The translations under genes and the position numbers were made by a program. The notes beneath the pieces are model-generated. The model worked only from the letters and a program-made list of their open reading frames with translations. It was not told the origin of the DNA and did not search any database. 64,000 bases of DNA, taken from assembly GCF_039541115.1 (NCBI RefSeq), contig NZ_BAABFP010000002.1, positions 434,001 to 498,000 on the forward strand. The letters run 5' to 3'. Below are positions 28,667 to 40,748 of the stretch, piece by piece; the stretch's first letter is position 1, and each line of letters opens with the position of its first letter. The DNA is from Angustibacter luteus (GTDB lineage Bacteria; Actinomycetota; Actinomycetes; Actinomycetales; Angustibacteraceae).

Positions 28667-29484
28667 GGGAACACGAGCTGCGGGCCGAGGGGCTGTCCCT
28701 CGGGTACGGCGACGCGACCATCGTGCGCGACCTCGACCTGGTCGTGCCGGACGGTCGGATCACGGTCATCATCGGCGGCAACGCCTGCGGCAAGTCGACC
28801 CTGCTGCGCGGGCTGACCCGGCTGCTCAAGCCGCGCGGCGGCGCGGTCTACCTGGACGGCCAGACCCTGCACGACGTCGCCAGCCTGGACGTCGCCAGGG
28901 TCGTCGGTCTGCTGCCGCAGAGCCCCGTCGCGCCGGACGGCATCACCGTCGCGGACCTGGTCGGCCGCGGGCGGTACCCGCACCAGGGCTGGTTCCGGCG
29001 CTGGTCGGCCGCGGACGAGCAGGCGGTGCGCGAGGCCATGACCGCGACGGGCACGCAGGACCTCGCCGACCGGCCGCTGTCGCAGCTCTCCGGCGGCCAG
29101 CGCCAGCGGGTCTGGGTCGCGATGGCGCTCGCCCAGCAGACCGACGTCCTGCTGCTCGACGAGCCCACCACCTTCCTCGACATCAACCACCAGGTCGAGC
29201 TGCTGGACCTGCTGAAGGGCCTGAACCGCAACCAGGGCACCACGATCGTGCTGGTGCTGCACGACCTGAACTTCGCGTTCCGGTACGCCGACCGGCTCGT
29301 CGCGATGAAGGGCGGCCGGATCGTCGCCGAGGGTGCACCGCGGGACGTCGTCACCGCCGAGATGGTGCACGACGTGTTCGGCCTGGACTGCCAGGTCATG
29401 CCCTGCCCGGTCTCGGGAGCGCCGATGGTGATCCCGATCGGCGGTCACGACCGCGCGCAGACGGGCGCCGACGCGCGAACCTGA
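28663..29484 (+). CDS. Iron-siderophore ABC transporter ATP-binding protein
   Basis: GGNACGKST, GRYPHQ, LSGGQRQR, LLLDEPTTFLD and VLHDLN. Confidence 0.93.
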   Translation: MREHELRAEGLSLGYGDATIVRDLDLVVPDGRITVIIGGNACGKSTLLRGLTRLLKPRGGAVYLDGQTLHDVASLDVARVVGLLPQSPVAPDGITVADLVGRGRYPHQGWFRRWSAADEQAVREAMTATGTQDLADRPLSQLSGGQRQRVWVAMALAQQTDVLLLDEPTTFLDINHQVELLDLLKGLNRNQGTTIVLVLHDLNFAFRYADRLVAMKGGRIVAEGAPRDVVTAEMVHDVFGLDCQVMPCPVSGAPMVIPIGGHDRAQTGADART

Positions 29485-29548
29485 CGCCGGACGCCGCGCT
29501 CGCGGGTTACGATCCGCCGGACGACGTCGCTCGAGGAAGGTGCGCTGC

Positions 29549-30481
29549 GTGACCGGACCCGAGCTGTCGCTGCCCGCGGCCCCCGAACGCGCACCCGAGT
29601 ACGGGCACGACGCCCTCGTCGTCTGCGACAACCTGGTGCGCATCTACCAGTCCGACGTGGTCGAGGTGCAGGCGCTGCAGGGCCTGGACCTGCTCGTGCA
29701 CTCCGGCGAGATGGTGGCCATCGTCGGGGCGTCCGGGTCCGGCAAGTCGACCCTGCTGCAGGTACTCGCGGGCGTCGACGCGCCGACGGCCGGACGCGCG
29801 CGGGTCGCCGGCCACGACCTGCTGGCCATGTCCCGCACCGAACGGGTGCGCTACCGCCGGCACGTCGTCGGGTTCGTCCGGCAGCAGACCTCGCGCAACC
29901 TCGTGCCCTACCTGACGGCCAGCCAGGTGGTCGACCTGCCGATGACGCTGGCCGGCGTCCCCCGCCGCGAACGCCACCAGCGGGCCGCCGAGCTGCTCGG
30001 GGCCGTCGGCGTCACGCACTGCGCCGACCGGCGTCCGGACCAGATGTCCGGCGGCGAGCAGCAGCGCGTCGCCATCTGCGTCGCCCTGGCGAACGACCCA
30101 CGCGTCCTGCTGGCTGACGAGCCGACCGGCGAGCTCGACAGCGAGACCGCGCAGGAGGTCTTTGCCGCGCTGCGCACCGCCAACCGCGACCTCGGCGCCA
30201 CCGTCGTCGTCGTCACCCACGACGCTGCGGTGAGCGGCCAGGTGGAGCGCACGGTGGCGATCCGGGACGGCCGGACCAGCAGCGAGGTGTTGCGCCGCAA
30301 CGGTTCTGGCGTCGACGGCGACGAGCACACCGCCGAGGAGTACGCAGTGATGGATCGCGCCGGGCGCGTGCAGGTGCCGGCCGAGTACCGTGAGGCCCTC
30401 GCGTTGACCCGACGGGTGCGGCTCACCCTGGAGGGCGACCACGTGGCCGTCCGCCGGGACCACGCTGACGACGTCCGATGA
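29549..30481 (+). CDS. ABC ATP-binding protein (LolD/MacB type) with C-terminal extension
   Basis: GASGSGKST, MSGGEQQRV and LADEPTGELD; start could be 29540 or 29549. Confidence 0.9.
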   Translation: MTGPELSLPAAPERAPEYGHDALVVCDNLVRIYQSDVVEVQALQGLDLLVHSGEMVAIVGASGSGKSTLLQVLAGVDAPTAGRARVAGHDLLAMSRTERVRYRRHVVGFVRQQTSRNLVPYLTASQVVDLPMTLAGVPRRERHQRAAELLGAVGVTHCADRRPDQMSGGEQQRVAICVALANDPRVLLADEPTGELDSETAQEVFAALRTANRDLGATVVVVTHDAAVSGQVERTVAIRDGRTSSEVLRRNGSGVDGDEHTAEEYAVMDRAGRVQVPAEYREALALTRRVRLTLEGDHVAVRRDHADDVR

Positions 30482-31176
30482 CCGAAGCGGCGACGGTGCC
30501 CGTCCCGGCGATGGTGTCCGTCCGGGGGCTGACCCGCACGTACGGCACCGGTCCGAGCACCGTGCACGCGTTGCGCGACGTGTCGTTCGACGTCGCCCCC
30601 GGGGAGATGGTCGCCGTCGTCGGCCGGTCCGGCTCGGGCAAGACGACCCTGCTGAACATGGTCGGCGGCCTGGACCGCCCGGACGCCGGCACGGTCCTCG
30701 TCGACGGCACCGAGGTCACCGCGCTGGACGACGAGGGGCTGAGCCGGCTGCGCCGCGAGTCCGTCGCCTACGTGTTCCAGACGTTCGGCCTCATCCCGGT
30801 GCTCACCGCGGCAGAGAACGTCGGGGTGCCGCTGCGCCTGCGGCAGACGCCGGTGACCGAGCGGGAGCAGCGCGTCGAGCTGCTGCTCGACCTCGTCGGC
30901 CTGCGCGAGCACGCCGATCAGCTCCCCGGTGAGCTCTCGGGCGGCCAGCAACAGCGCGTGGCGATCGCCCGAGCCCTGGCGGGATCGCCGCGGCTGCTGG
31001 TGGCGGACGAGCCGACCGGCCAGCTGGACGCCGAGACCGGGCTGTCCGTCATGGCGCTGTTGCGCGCCCTGGTCGAGTCCGAGGGCGTCACCGCCGTCGT
31101 GTCGACCCACGACCCGGTCATGATGGCGCTCGCCGACCGGGTGCTGCACATCGCCGACGGACAGGTGCAGGCCTGA
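30478..31176 (+). CDS. ABC ATP-binding protein (LolD/MacB type)
   Basis: GRSGSGKTT, LSGGQQQRV and ADEPTGQLD. Confidence 0.92.
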   Translation: MTEAATVPVPAMVSVRGLTRTYGTGPSTVHALRDVSFDVAPGEMVAVVGRSGSGKTTLLNMVGGLDRPDAGTVLVDGTEVTALDDEGLSRLRRESVAYVFQTFGLIPVLTAAENVGVPLRLRQTPVTEREQRVELLLDLVGLREHADQLPGELSGGQQQRVAIARALAGSPRLLVADEPTGQLDAETGLSVMALLRALVESEGVTAVVSTHDPVMMALADRVLHIADGQVQA

Positions 31177-31188
31177 GATGACGTCCCG

Positions 31189-34100
31189 GTGCTGACGCTG
31201 GTCGCCCGGCGGGCGGTCGTCCAGCGGCGGTTGCTCCTCGGAGTCGTCGCGCTCGTCACGGCCGGCGCCACGCTGCTCGGGGTGTGCGCGCTGCTGCTCA
31301 CTGCCACTCAGGACCGGGCCTTCACCCGAGGCATGCAGCGCACCGACCCGGCGGACCTGGAGGTCACCGCCTTCCTGGTCAGCGTGGCGGGCGAGGACGC
31401 GAGGACGGCCCGGCAGGACGCCCAGGTGGTCATCACCTCGGCGTTGGCACCGCTGGCGACGACCACGACCAGCAACGCCGTCTCGACCCTGCGCCAGCTG
31501 GACTCCCCGGGCAAGCGCGCCTACCTGGGCAGCCGCGACGACCTCGCCGACCAGGCGCGCCTCACCTCGGGACGCTGGCCGGCCGCCGCTAGCGGACCTG
31601 CGGCCGAGGCGGTCGTGCCCGACACCACGGCCCGGCTGCTGCGGCTCACCGTCGGCCAGCACGTGACGCTGGGCCGCGAGACCGGCCCGACCGACGTCCG
31701 ACGTCCGGTCACCGTGGTGGTCGTCGGCACCTTCCAGCCACGCTCCCAGGCCGGCTGGGCGCGGGACCCGTTGGCCGGCAAGGGTTACGACGCGGCGTAC
31801 AACGACGGCCGGGTGAGTGGCCCCGCCTACGGGCCGTTCATGGTCACCGCCGACGCCCTGCTGACCAGCGGCTCGACGGTCGACACCATGCAGGTCACCG
31901 CGCACCCCGTGGTCGGCTCCACCAGCGAAGCCGCGCTGAGCACGGTGGCCACGTCCGTCGACACCGCCGACGACCGGCTGACCGCCGTGCTGGACGGCCG
32001 GGCCCGGATCAGCCGGATCGCGTCCGACCTGCCGCAGACCCTGGCCGATACCCGCGCCCAGCAGGCCGCCACCCGGTCCACCGTGCTGGTGGTGGTGCTG
32101 CTCGGCAGCACGCTGGCCGCCGCCGCGCTCGTGCTGGCCGGCCGCCTGCTCGCCGTCTTCCGCGCCGACGAGCGGGCGCTGCTACTGAGCCTCGGGCTGG
32201 ACCGGCGCCAGCTGGTGCTGGCGGCCTCGGCAGAGGCCCTGCTCCTCGGTGGCCTGGCGGCCGTGCTGGCCGTGCCCGCGTCCGCCCTGCTGCACTCCGC
32301 CCTGACCCGCCTCCCCGCCATGGCCGACGCCGGCCTGGCCCAGCCGCCGACCGTCACCATCGACCTGGTCCTCACCGTCCTGGTCGGCGCGGTCCTGCTG
32401 GCCGGCAGCCTCGTCGTGCCCGCTCTGCGGGCCGCGTCCACACCGGCCACGGCTGCCGCGGCGACCACCACCACGACCGGGGCGCGCGGTCATCTCGCGC
32501 TCGCCGCCGCGTCCGGGCTGGACCTGCTCCTGCTGGCGCTGGCCGCGGCCGGCTGGTGGCAGCTGCGCTCCCAACCCCCGGGCCCGGCGAGCAGCGGGGA
32601 CGTCGTCCGGACCGTCGCTCCGGTCCTGTTCGTCGTCGCCCTCGCCCTGGTCGCCGTGCGCCTGGTGCCACTGCTGTTCTCCCTCACCACCCGCCCGGCG
32701 CGGCGCTCACGCCGGCTGCTGGCGCCGCTCGCCGCCTACGAGGCCGCGCGCCGTCCGCACCCGGTCACCGCGTCGGTGCTGCTCGCCGTCGCGGCGGCCG
32801 CCGGCACGTTCGCGCTGTCGCTGGGAGCGACGTGGGAGCGATCTCAGGTGGACCAGGCCGCCGTCCAGGTGGGCACCGACCTGACCGTGGCACTCGCGGC
32901 CCCGCCGACCAGCGGCGACGCCGCCGCGGTCACCCGCGCCAGCGGCGGCGTCGTGTCGGCCGTCACCGCCCGCCCTGTCGCGCTCGGCCAGTTCCTCGGC
33001 GACCGCGCCTCCGCACCGCAGCTCGTCGCCATCGACGCCCGGCACGCCGGGTCGCTGCTGCGCGGGCGGCTGGACGGCGGACGAAGCTGGCAGCAGGTCG
33101 GCGACCTGCTGGCGCCGCCGGACCAGGTGGTCGGCGTGCCGCTGCCCGCAGGCGGATCCGGCCTCACGCTCTCCGGCACCGCGCCCGAGCACGCGGTCGT
33201 CACCGCCGCGCCGACCCTCGTCCTGCAGGACGCCTCAGGCCTGCGGACGACGGTCGAGACCGATCCCGTACCCCTCGACGGGCGCCGGCACGCACCGCAC
33301 TGGCGCTCGCCCATCGGTGCCGACCAGCAGGTGGTCGCGATGCGGCTGACCCTGGCCGGCGACCCGAGCTCACCTCTGCCGGACGACGCCGGCACCGGCG
33401 AGATCATGGTCGCGCTGCGCGTACCCGGGACGGCCAAGTCCCCCGCGCCGCCTTCGCGTTGGACGGCCGCCAGCCTCGCTGAGCAGCCGGCGGAGGCCGA
33501 GGCGGCAACCGCCAGCGTGGCCGACGACGGCGGTACGACCGTGATCCGCGCCTCGACCCGGATCAGCCTCGCCGCGCTCGCCTACGTCGAGACCGACCTG
33601 CTGGCCAGCGCACTCGAGGCGCCGGCGGCTGTGCCCGTCGCGGTGTCGCGGCTGCTCGCCGACTCCGTGGGCACCAAGGTCGGCGGCAGCTTCACCGCCA
33701 CCGTGAGCGGCGTGGACGTCCCGGTGGTCGTCCTCGCGATCGTGCCGACGGTGCCCTCGGCGCCGGGCCAGCTGGCCGTCCTCGCGGACGCGGACACCCT
33801 GTCTCGCACGCTGATCGGCGCCGGGCAGCTGGAGCCCGTCGCCGACGCGTGGTGGGTGGGCGACCCCAAGCCGGGAGCGGCGAGCGCCGTCCGGGCGCTG
33901 GGTCTCGGCGAGGTCACCACCCGCGACGAGCGGGCCGACCAGCTGGCTCGTGGGCCGTTGCGGGTCAGCGTGAGCGCCGCCCTCGTGACGCTCGTCGTCG
34001 CGGCCGTCCTGCTGCTGCTCGCCGGCACGGCCCTGCTGCTGACGGCCGACCTCGAGACCCGGGCCGTCGAGCTGGCCCGGTTGCGCGCGCTCGGCCTCAC

Positions 34101-34392
34101 CCGCCGGCAGGTCCGCGGGCTCCTGGTGGGCCAGCACGGGGCCGTCCTGACCCTGCTCGTCGTGCTCGGCGCGCTGGTCGGGGCGGTGGCGTCGTACGCC
34201 CTCGGCCCGAGCCTGGTGCGCTCCGACCTCGGCGGCGCACCGCTGCAACCCGTTCTGCCGCAGTGGCCCTGGCCCGCGGAGGCCGCTCTGGTCGCCGGTC
34301 TGGTGCTGGGCTGCGTGTCGGTGGCGGCCGGGGTGGCGTTGGTCCAGGTCCGACGTTCCGACACGGCCCACCTGCGGACGGGGGACGCGTGA
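31189..34392 (+). CDS. Large FtsX-like ABC permease
   Basis: 1067 aa with TM clusters flanking two large extracytoplasmic domains; FtsX motif RAVELARLRALG. Confidence 0.85.
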   Translation: MLTLVARRAVVQRRLLLGVVALVTAGATLLGVCALLLTATQDRAFTRGMQRTDPADLEVTAFLVSVAGEDARTARQDAQVVITSALAPLATTTTSNAVSTLRQLDSPGKRAYLGSRDDLADQARLTSGRWPAAASGPAAEAVVPDTTARLLRLTVGQHVTLGRETGPTDVRRPVTVVVVGTFQPRSQAGWARDPLAGKGYDAAYNDGRVSGPAYGPFMVTADALLTSGSTVDTMQVTAHPVVGSTSEAALSTVATSVDTADDRLTAVLDGRARISRIASDLPQTLADTRAQQAATRSTVLVVVLLGSTLAAAALVLAGRLLAVFRADERALLLSLGLDRRQLVLAASAEALLLGGLAAVLAVPASALLHSALTRLPAMADAGLAQPPTVTIDLVLTVLVGAVLLAGSLVVPALRAASTPATAAAATTTTTGARGHLALAAASGLDLLLLALAAAGWWQLRSQPPGPASSGDVVRTVAPVLFVVALALVAVRLVPLLFSLTTRPARRSRRLLAPLAAYEAARRPHPVTASVLLAVAAAAGTFALSLGATWERSQVDQAAVQVGTDLTVALAAPPTSGDAAAVTRASGGVVSAVTARPVALGQFLGDRASAPQLVAIDARHAGSLLRGRLDGGRSWQQVGDLLAPPDQVVGVPLPAGGSGLTLSGTAPEHAVVTAAPTLVLQDASGLRTTVETDPVPLDGRRHAPHWRSPIGADQQVVAMRLTLAGDPSSPLPDDAGTGEIMVALRVPGTAKSPAPPSRWTAASLAEQPAEAEAATASVADDGGTTVIRASTRISLAALAYVETDLLASALEAPAAVPVAVSRLLADSVGTKVGGSFTATVSGVDVPVVVLAIVPTVPSAPGQLAVLADADTLSRTLIGAGQLEPVADAWWVGDPKPGAASAVRALGLGEVTTRDERADQLARGPLRVSVSAALVTLVVAAVLLLLAGTALLLTADLETRAVELARLRALGLTRRQVRGLLVGQHGAVLTLLVVLGALVGAVASYALGPSLVRSDLGGAPLQPVLPQWPWPAEAALVAGLVLGCVSVAAGVALVQVRRSDTAHLRTGDA

Positions 34393-37130
34393 ACCCGTTG
34401 CGGTTGCACCGGCCCAGCGTCCTCGGCCGCGCCCGGGCCGACGTCCGGCTGCTGCTGCTCACCGGTGGCGTCGTCGCGTTGACCAGCCTGCTGACCGCGG
34501 CCGTCCCACCGCTGGCGGAGCGCACCGCCGACCGGGCGGTCGCCGGCACCGTGCGGCAGGCCGGCGCCGGGGGCGACGTGGTCGTCACCGTCCCGTTCCC
34601 CGACGACACCGAGAGCGCGGCACGGGTCCGCGAGCCCTCGTCGGCGGCGCAGGTCCAGCAGGCCAGCCGCGAGGCGCAGCTGACCATGCCGGCCGACCTC
34701 AACGCGGTCCTGCGTCCGGGGGTGGCCAGCGTCACGACGACCGAGCTGCACGTGCTGGGTGGCGGCCCGGGCCGCTACGCGCGACTGGCCTACGTGGTGG
34801 GGCGCGACGGCGCACCGGCGGTGACCTGGACGTCCGGTGGCCCGCCGCGCGCGAGCGTGCCGCCCGCGCAGGCCACGGCGAAGGTGCCGGACGGCGACCC
34901 CTGGCCGGTGCAGGTCGCGCTCTCGCAGGCCGCGGCGACCGCGCTGGGGCTCCGGACGGGCGACACGTTCGCCGCCGAGGACGAGCGCTACCGCCGGGTC
35001 GAGGCCCGGGTCAGCGGGATCTACTCCCCCACCGACCCGGCAGCGGATGCGTGGCAGGCGGCCCCCCGGCTGCTGCACCCCAGCACCGGGGTGACCGAGA
35101 AGGTGGTCCGCACGTCGGCCGCCGCACTGGTCTCAGCCGAGTCGCTGCCGGACCTGCGGCTGGCCGTGCCCTTTGACGACCTGGACCGCCGGGTGGTCTT
35201 CACCCCCCAGCCCGACCGGCTGCGCTACGACCAGAGCGAGGCGCTCGTCCGGGACGTCGTCGCGCTGAAGGCGTCCTCCGCTGTCGACGCGAACGGCACG
35301 CCCACGATGTGGTGGGACAGCCTCCTGGACCGGGTGCTGCTCGACGCGCGGTCGCAGGTCGTCGCGGCGCGCGCCCAGGCCACCGTGCTGCTCGTCGGGC
35401 TGCTGGCCGGCGCCGCACTCCTGCTGGTGCTGGCCGCCCAGCTGCTGACCCGCCGCCGGGCCGCCGCCCTGGCCGTGGCCCGCGAGCGCGGCGCCGGCCT
35501 GGTCGCGATCGGCGCCGAGCTGCTGGTGGAGTCAGCGGCGGTAGCGGTGGTGGGGGCGGGCGTGGGGGTGCTCGCCGCGCGGCTGCTGGTCGGCGGCGCG
35601 TCATGGCCGTGGACGCTGCCCGTGCTCGCCGTCGCGGCGCTCGCCGGGCCCGTGCTGGGCGTGCTGGTGGTCTCCCGGGCGGGCGGCGGACGGCGGGTGC
35701 CGGCCAACCGCTCCGCGCGGCGGACGGCGGCCCGGGCGAAGGTGGCACGGCGCATCCTGCTCGAGGCGACGGTCGCGCTGGTCGCGGTCGCGGCCCTGGC
35801 GGCTCTGCGCCAGCGCGGCGTCCTCGGCGGCGGTGACGAACCCGACCTGCTGGCCGCGAGCGCCCCGACGTGGTTCGCCGTGCTGGGGGCGCTCGTCGTC
35901 CTGCGGCTGCTCCCGCCGGTGGCGGCGTTCGTGCTGGCCCGCTCGCGTCGCTCGCCCCGCGCCGTCCCGCTGTTCGCGGCGGCCGGCGCCGTCCGGACGG
36001 CGACCAGGGCGCTGCCGATGCTGCTCGTGACGGTGACGGCGGCCCAGCTGACGGTCTGCGTGGCCTTGGCCGCGACCGAGCAGCACGGACAGTCGGCGGG
36101 CGCCTGGCGCGAGGTCGGCGCGGACGCGCAGCTGCAGACGGATCCGGACCGGGGCGTCGGGCAGCTTGCTCAGCGGGTGGCCGGCGCGCCCGGGGTCACC
36201 GCGGCCGTCGCAGCCCGGGTGGCGGACGGCGTCCCCGCGGCGTCGGGGCAGACGGCCGCCCGGGTGCGGCTCGTCGTGGTGGACGCGGCGGCCTTCGCGA
36301 AGCTGCTCGCCGCGACCCCGCTGCCTGACGCTCCGCAGCTGGAACGGCTCGCCCCGGGGGCAACCACGGGAACGCCCGCACTGCTGCGCGGCGGTGACCC
36401 CGCGCTGCGCGAGGGCTTGCGCATCGGTTGGGACGACGCGAGGCTGCCGCTGCACGTGGTCGGCACCGCGCCGGCGATCGGCTCCGGCGAGGATCCGGTG
36501 GTCGTCGTGGACGCGGCGGCCTTCGCCGCCACGGGGGCAGCGGCCGACCCGGGGACGGTCTGGGCGGTCGGTCCCGGGGCGGTCCGCGCGCTCGAGGCCG
36601 CAGCCCACGGCGCTGCCGCGCCAGGCTCGGCCGGCCCGGGCGGCACGGTCGTGCGGCGGGACGACGTCCTCGAGGCGAGGCGGGACGCGCCGCTGGCCGC
36701 TGCCCTGCGGCACCTGGCGATCGCCTCGGCCGCGCTGCTGCTGCTGTTCGGTGTCCTCGGCGTCGTGCTGGCCGCCGCCGTCGCGGCACCGGCCCGCAAC
36801 GAGTCGCTCGGTCGGTTGCGGGCTATGGGTCTGCGGCCCGGGCAGGTTGGCCGGGTGCTGGGCGGCGAGCTGGTGCCTCCGGTGGCAGTGGGGGTAGTAG
36901 CCGGGCTGGTGCTCGGCCTCGGGAGCGCCGCGGTGATGTTCGGCTCGCTGGCCTTGCAGCGGGTGACCGGCCAGACCGGGCCGCCGGACGTCGTCCTGCC
37001 GTGGTGGACGGTACTGCTGGCCGCGGCGCTGGTGGTGGCCGCGCTGGTGGTGGCGCAGGTGGAGTCGTCGCAGCTGCGCCGGACGTCGCTCGCCCGGCTG
37101 CTGCGCGGCGGCGACCGTGGTCTTGACTGA
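34389..37130 (+). CDS. Large FtsX-like ABC permease
   Basis: GTGA overlap with the previous gene; ARERGA and GRLRAMGL FtsX motifs; many TM helices. Confidence 0.85.
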   Translation: MNPLRLHRPSVLGRARADVRLLLLTGGVVALTSLLTAAVPPLAERTADRAVAGTVRQAGAGGDVVVTVPFPDDTESAARVREPSSAAQVQQASREAQLTMPADLNAVLRPGVASVTTTELHVLGGGPGRYARLAYVVGRDGAPAVTWTSGGPPRASVPPAQATAKVPDGDPWPVQVALSQAAATALGLRTGDTFAAEDERYRRVEARVSGIYSPTDPAADAWQAAPRLLHPSTGVTEKVVRTSAAALVSAESLPDLRLAVPFDDLDRRVVFTPQPDRLRYDQSEALVRDVVALKASSAVDANGTPTMWWDSLLDRVLLDARSQVVAARAQATVLLVGLLAGAALLLVLAAQLLTRRRAAALAVARERGAGLVAIGAELLVESAAVAVVGAGVGVLAARLLVGGASWPWTLPVLAVAALAGPVLGVLVVSRAGGGRRVPANRSARRTAARAKVARRILLEATVALVAVAALAALRQRGVLGGGDEPDLLAASAPTWFAVLGALVVLRLLPPVAAFVLARSRRSPRAVPLFAAAGAVRTATRALPMLLVTVTAAQLTVCVALAATEQHGQSAGAWREVGADAQLQTDPDRGVGQLAQRVAGAPGVTAAVAARVADGVPAASGQTAARVRLVVVDAAAFAKLLAATPLPDAPQLERLAPGATTGTPALLRGGDPALREGLRIGWDDARLPLHVVGTAPAIGSGEDPVVVVDAAAFAATGAAADPGTVWAVGPGAVRALEAAAHGAAAPGSAGPGGTVVRRDDVLEARRDAPLAAALRHLAIASAALLLLFGVLGVVLAAAVAAPARNESLGRLRAMGLRPGQVGRVLGGELVPPVAVGVVAGLVLGLGSAAVMFGSLALQRVTGQTGPPDVVLPWWTVLLAAALVVAALVVAQVESSQLRRTSLARLLRGGDRGLD

Positions 37131-37151
37131 TTCCAGAAAAGGTCAGAGACT
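37119..37151 (+). promoter_or_regulatory. FurA operator and leaderless furA promoter
   Basis: AT-rich GGTCTTGACTGATTCCAGAAAAG resembles the mycobacterial FurA site as I recall it; -35 TTGACT, 17 bp spacer, -10 GAGACT, 6 nt, then GTG start. Confidence 0.8.
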
Positions 37152-37157
37152 CGGACG

Positions 37158-39837
<2,680 letters not shown>

Positions 39838-39858
39838 TCTCGCTGTCCTGCAACGCTC

Positions 39859-39887
39859 GCGGCCCGCACCGTCACGGTGCGGGCCGC
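39859..39887. terminator. Hairpin terminator between katG and the convergent gene
   Basis: Inverted repeat GCGGCCCGCACCGT-C-ACGGTGCGGGCCGC. Confidence 0.75.
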
Positions 39888-39904
39888 TCGCGTTTCGTCC
39901 AGCG

Positions 39905-40744
39905 TCAGTCGGCGGCGAGGAACGGTCGGTGGTGGTACCCCGATCCGTCCAGCACCGCCACCGTCGACTCCGGCACCTCGAGGAAGACGCCGGGCAGGTC
40001 GTTGAGCGGCTCCGACACGACGACGTGGGCGTGCGGGCCGAACGCACGGAGCCGTTCGACCTCCGGGTACATCTCCTGCAGGGTGGCGACGTCGGCCGAG
40101 TGGAAGAGCGTGCGGGACCGCCCCTGTGAGGAGTACCGGAAGGCCCACAGCGTCGTGCCGTCCGAGACCGCGAACGTGCCCTGGACGGGGAACGGCACGT
40201 GGTGCGCGTGCCCGACCTCCTCTGCCATCCGGATGGTCTTGGTCATCGCCGCGACCGGGTCGTCCCGCAGCCCCAGCGTGAGCGCCAGGTGGAAGAGCAC
40301 CTCGGAGTCCGTCGTCCCCTTGATGTGCGGGTAGAGCGACGGGTCGACGGCGAACGTCAGGTCGCGCTTGACCGCGTCGAAGTCGGCCAGCCCACCGTTG
40401 TGCATGAAGAGCCAGTTCTCGTACCGGAACGGGTGGCAGTTCGTCTGCTGGATCGGGGGGCCGGCCGCGGCCCGGACGTGGCTGAAGAACAACGGGGACT
40501 CGATGGCCCGGCTCAGCTCGCGCAGGTTCTGGTCGTTCCAGGCGGGCTCGATGCTGTGGAAGAGGGCGGGGGTCCCGGTCGCGCCCGCGTCGCCCGAGTA
40601 CCACCCCAGGCCGAAGCCGTCGCCGTTCACCGGCTCGGCACCCAGCGGCGAGTTCAGCGACTGGGCGACCAGCGAGTGCTGGGTGTCGAGGACGAGCGTG
40701 GCCGGTCGCAGCGGTTCCCCGGAGTAGGCGAGCCATCGGCACAC
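39905..40744 (-). CDS. Class II glutamine amidotransferase (EgtC/YafJ-like Ntn hydrolase)
   Basis: N-terminal MCRWLAY, NGDGFGLGWY, SHVRAA, NCHPF, FMHNG and GTTDSE. Confidence 0.9.
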   Translation of the reverse strand: MCRWLAYSGEPLRPATLVLDTQHSLVAQSLNSPLGAEPVNGDGFGLGWYSGDAGATGTPALFHSIEPAWNDQNLRELSRAIESPLFFSHVRAAAGPPIQQTNCHPFRYENWLFMHNGGLADFDAVKRDLTFAVDPSLYPHIKGTTDSEVLFHLALTLGLRDDPVAAMTKTIRMAEEVGHAHHVPFPVQGTFAVSDGTTLWAFRYSSQGRSRTLFHSADVATLQEMYPEVERLRAFGPHAHVVVSEPLNDLPGVFLEVPESTVAVLDGSGYHHRPFLAAD

Positions 40745-40748
40745 CGGA

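Noticed and set aside
39905..40744. Ergothioneine biosynthesis (egtC)
   Set aside because: No egtA, egtB, egtD or egtE nearby, so only the family-level call is kept.
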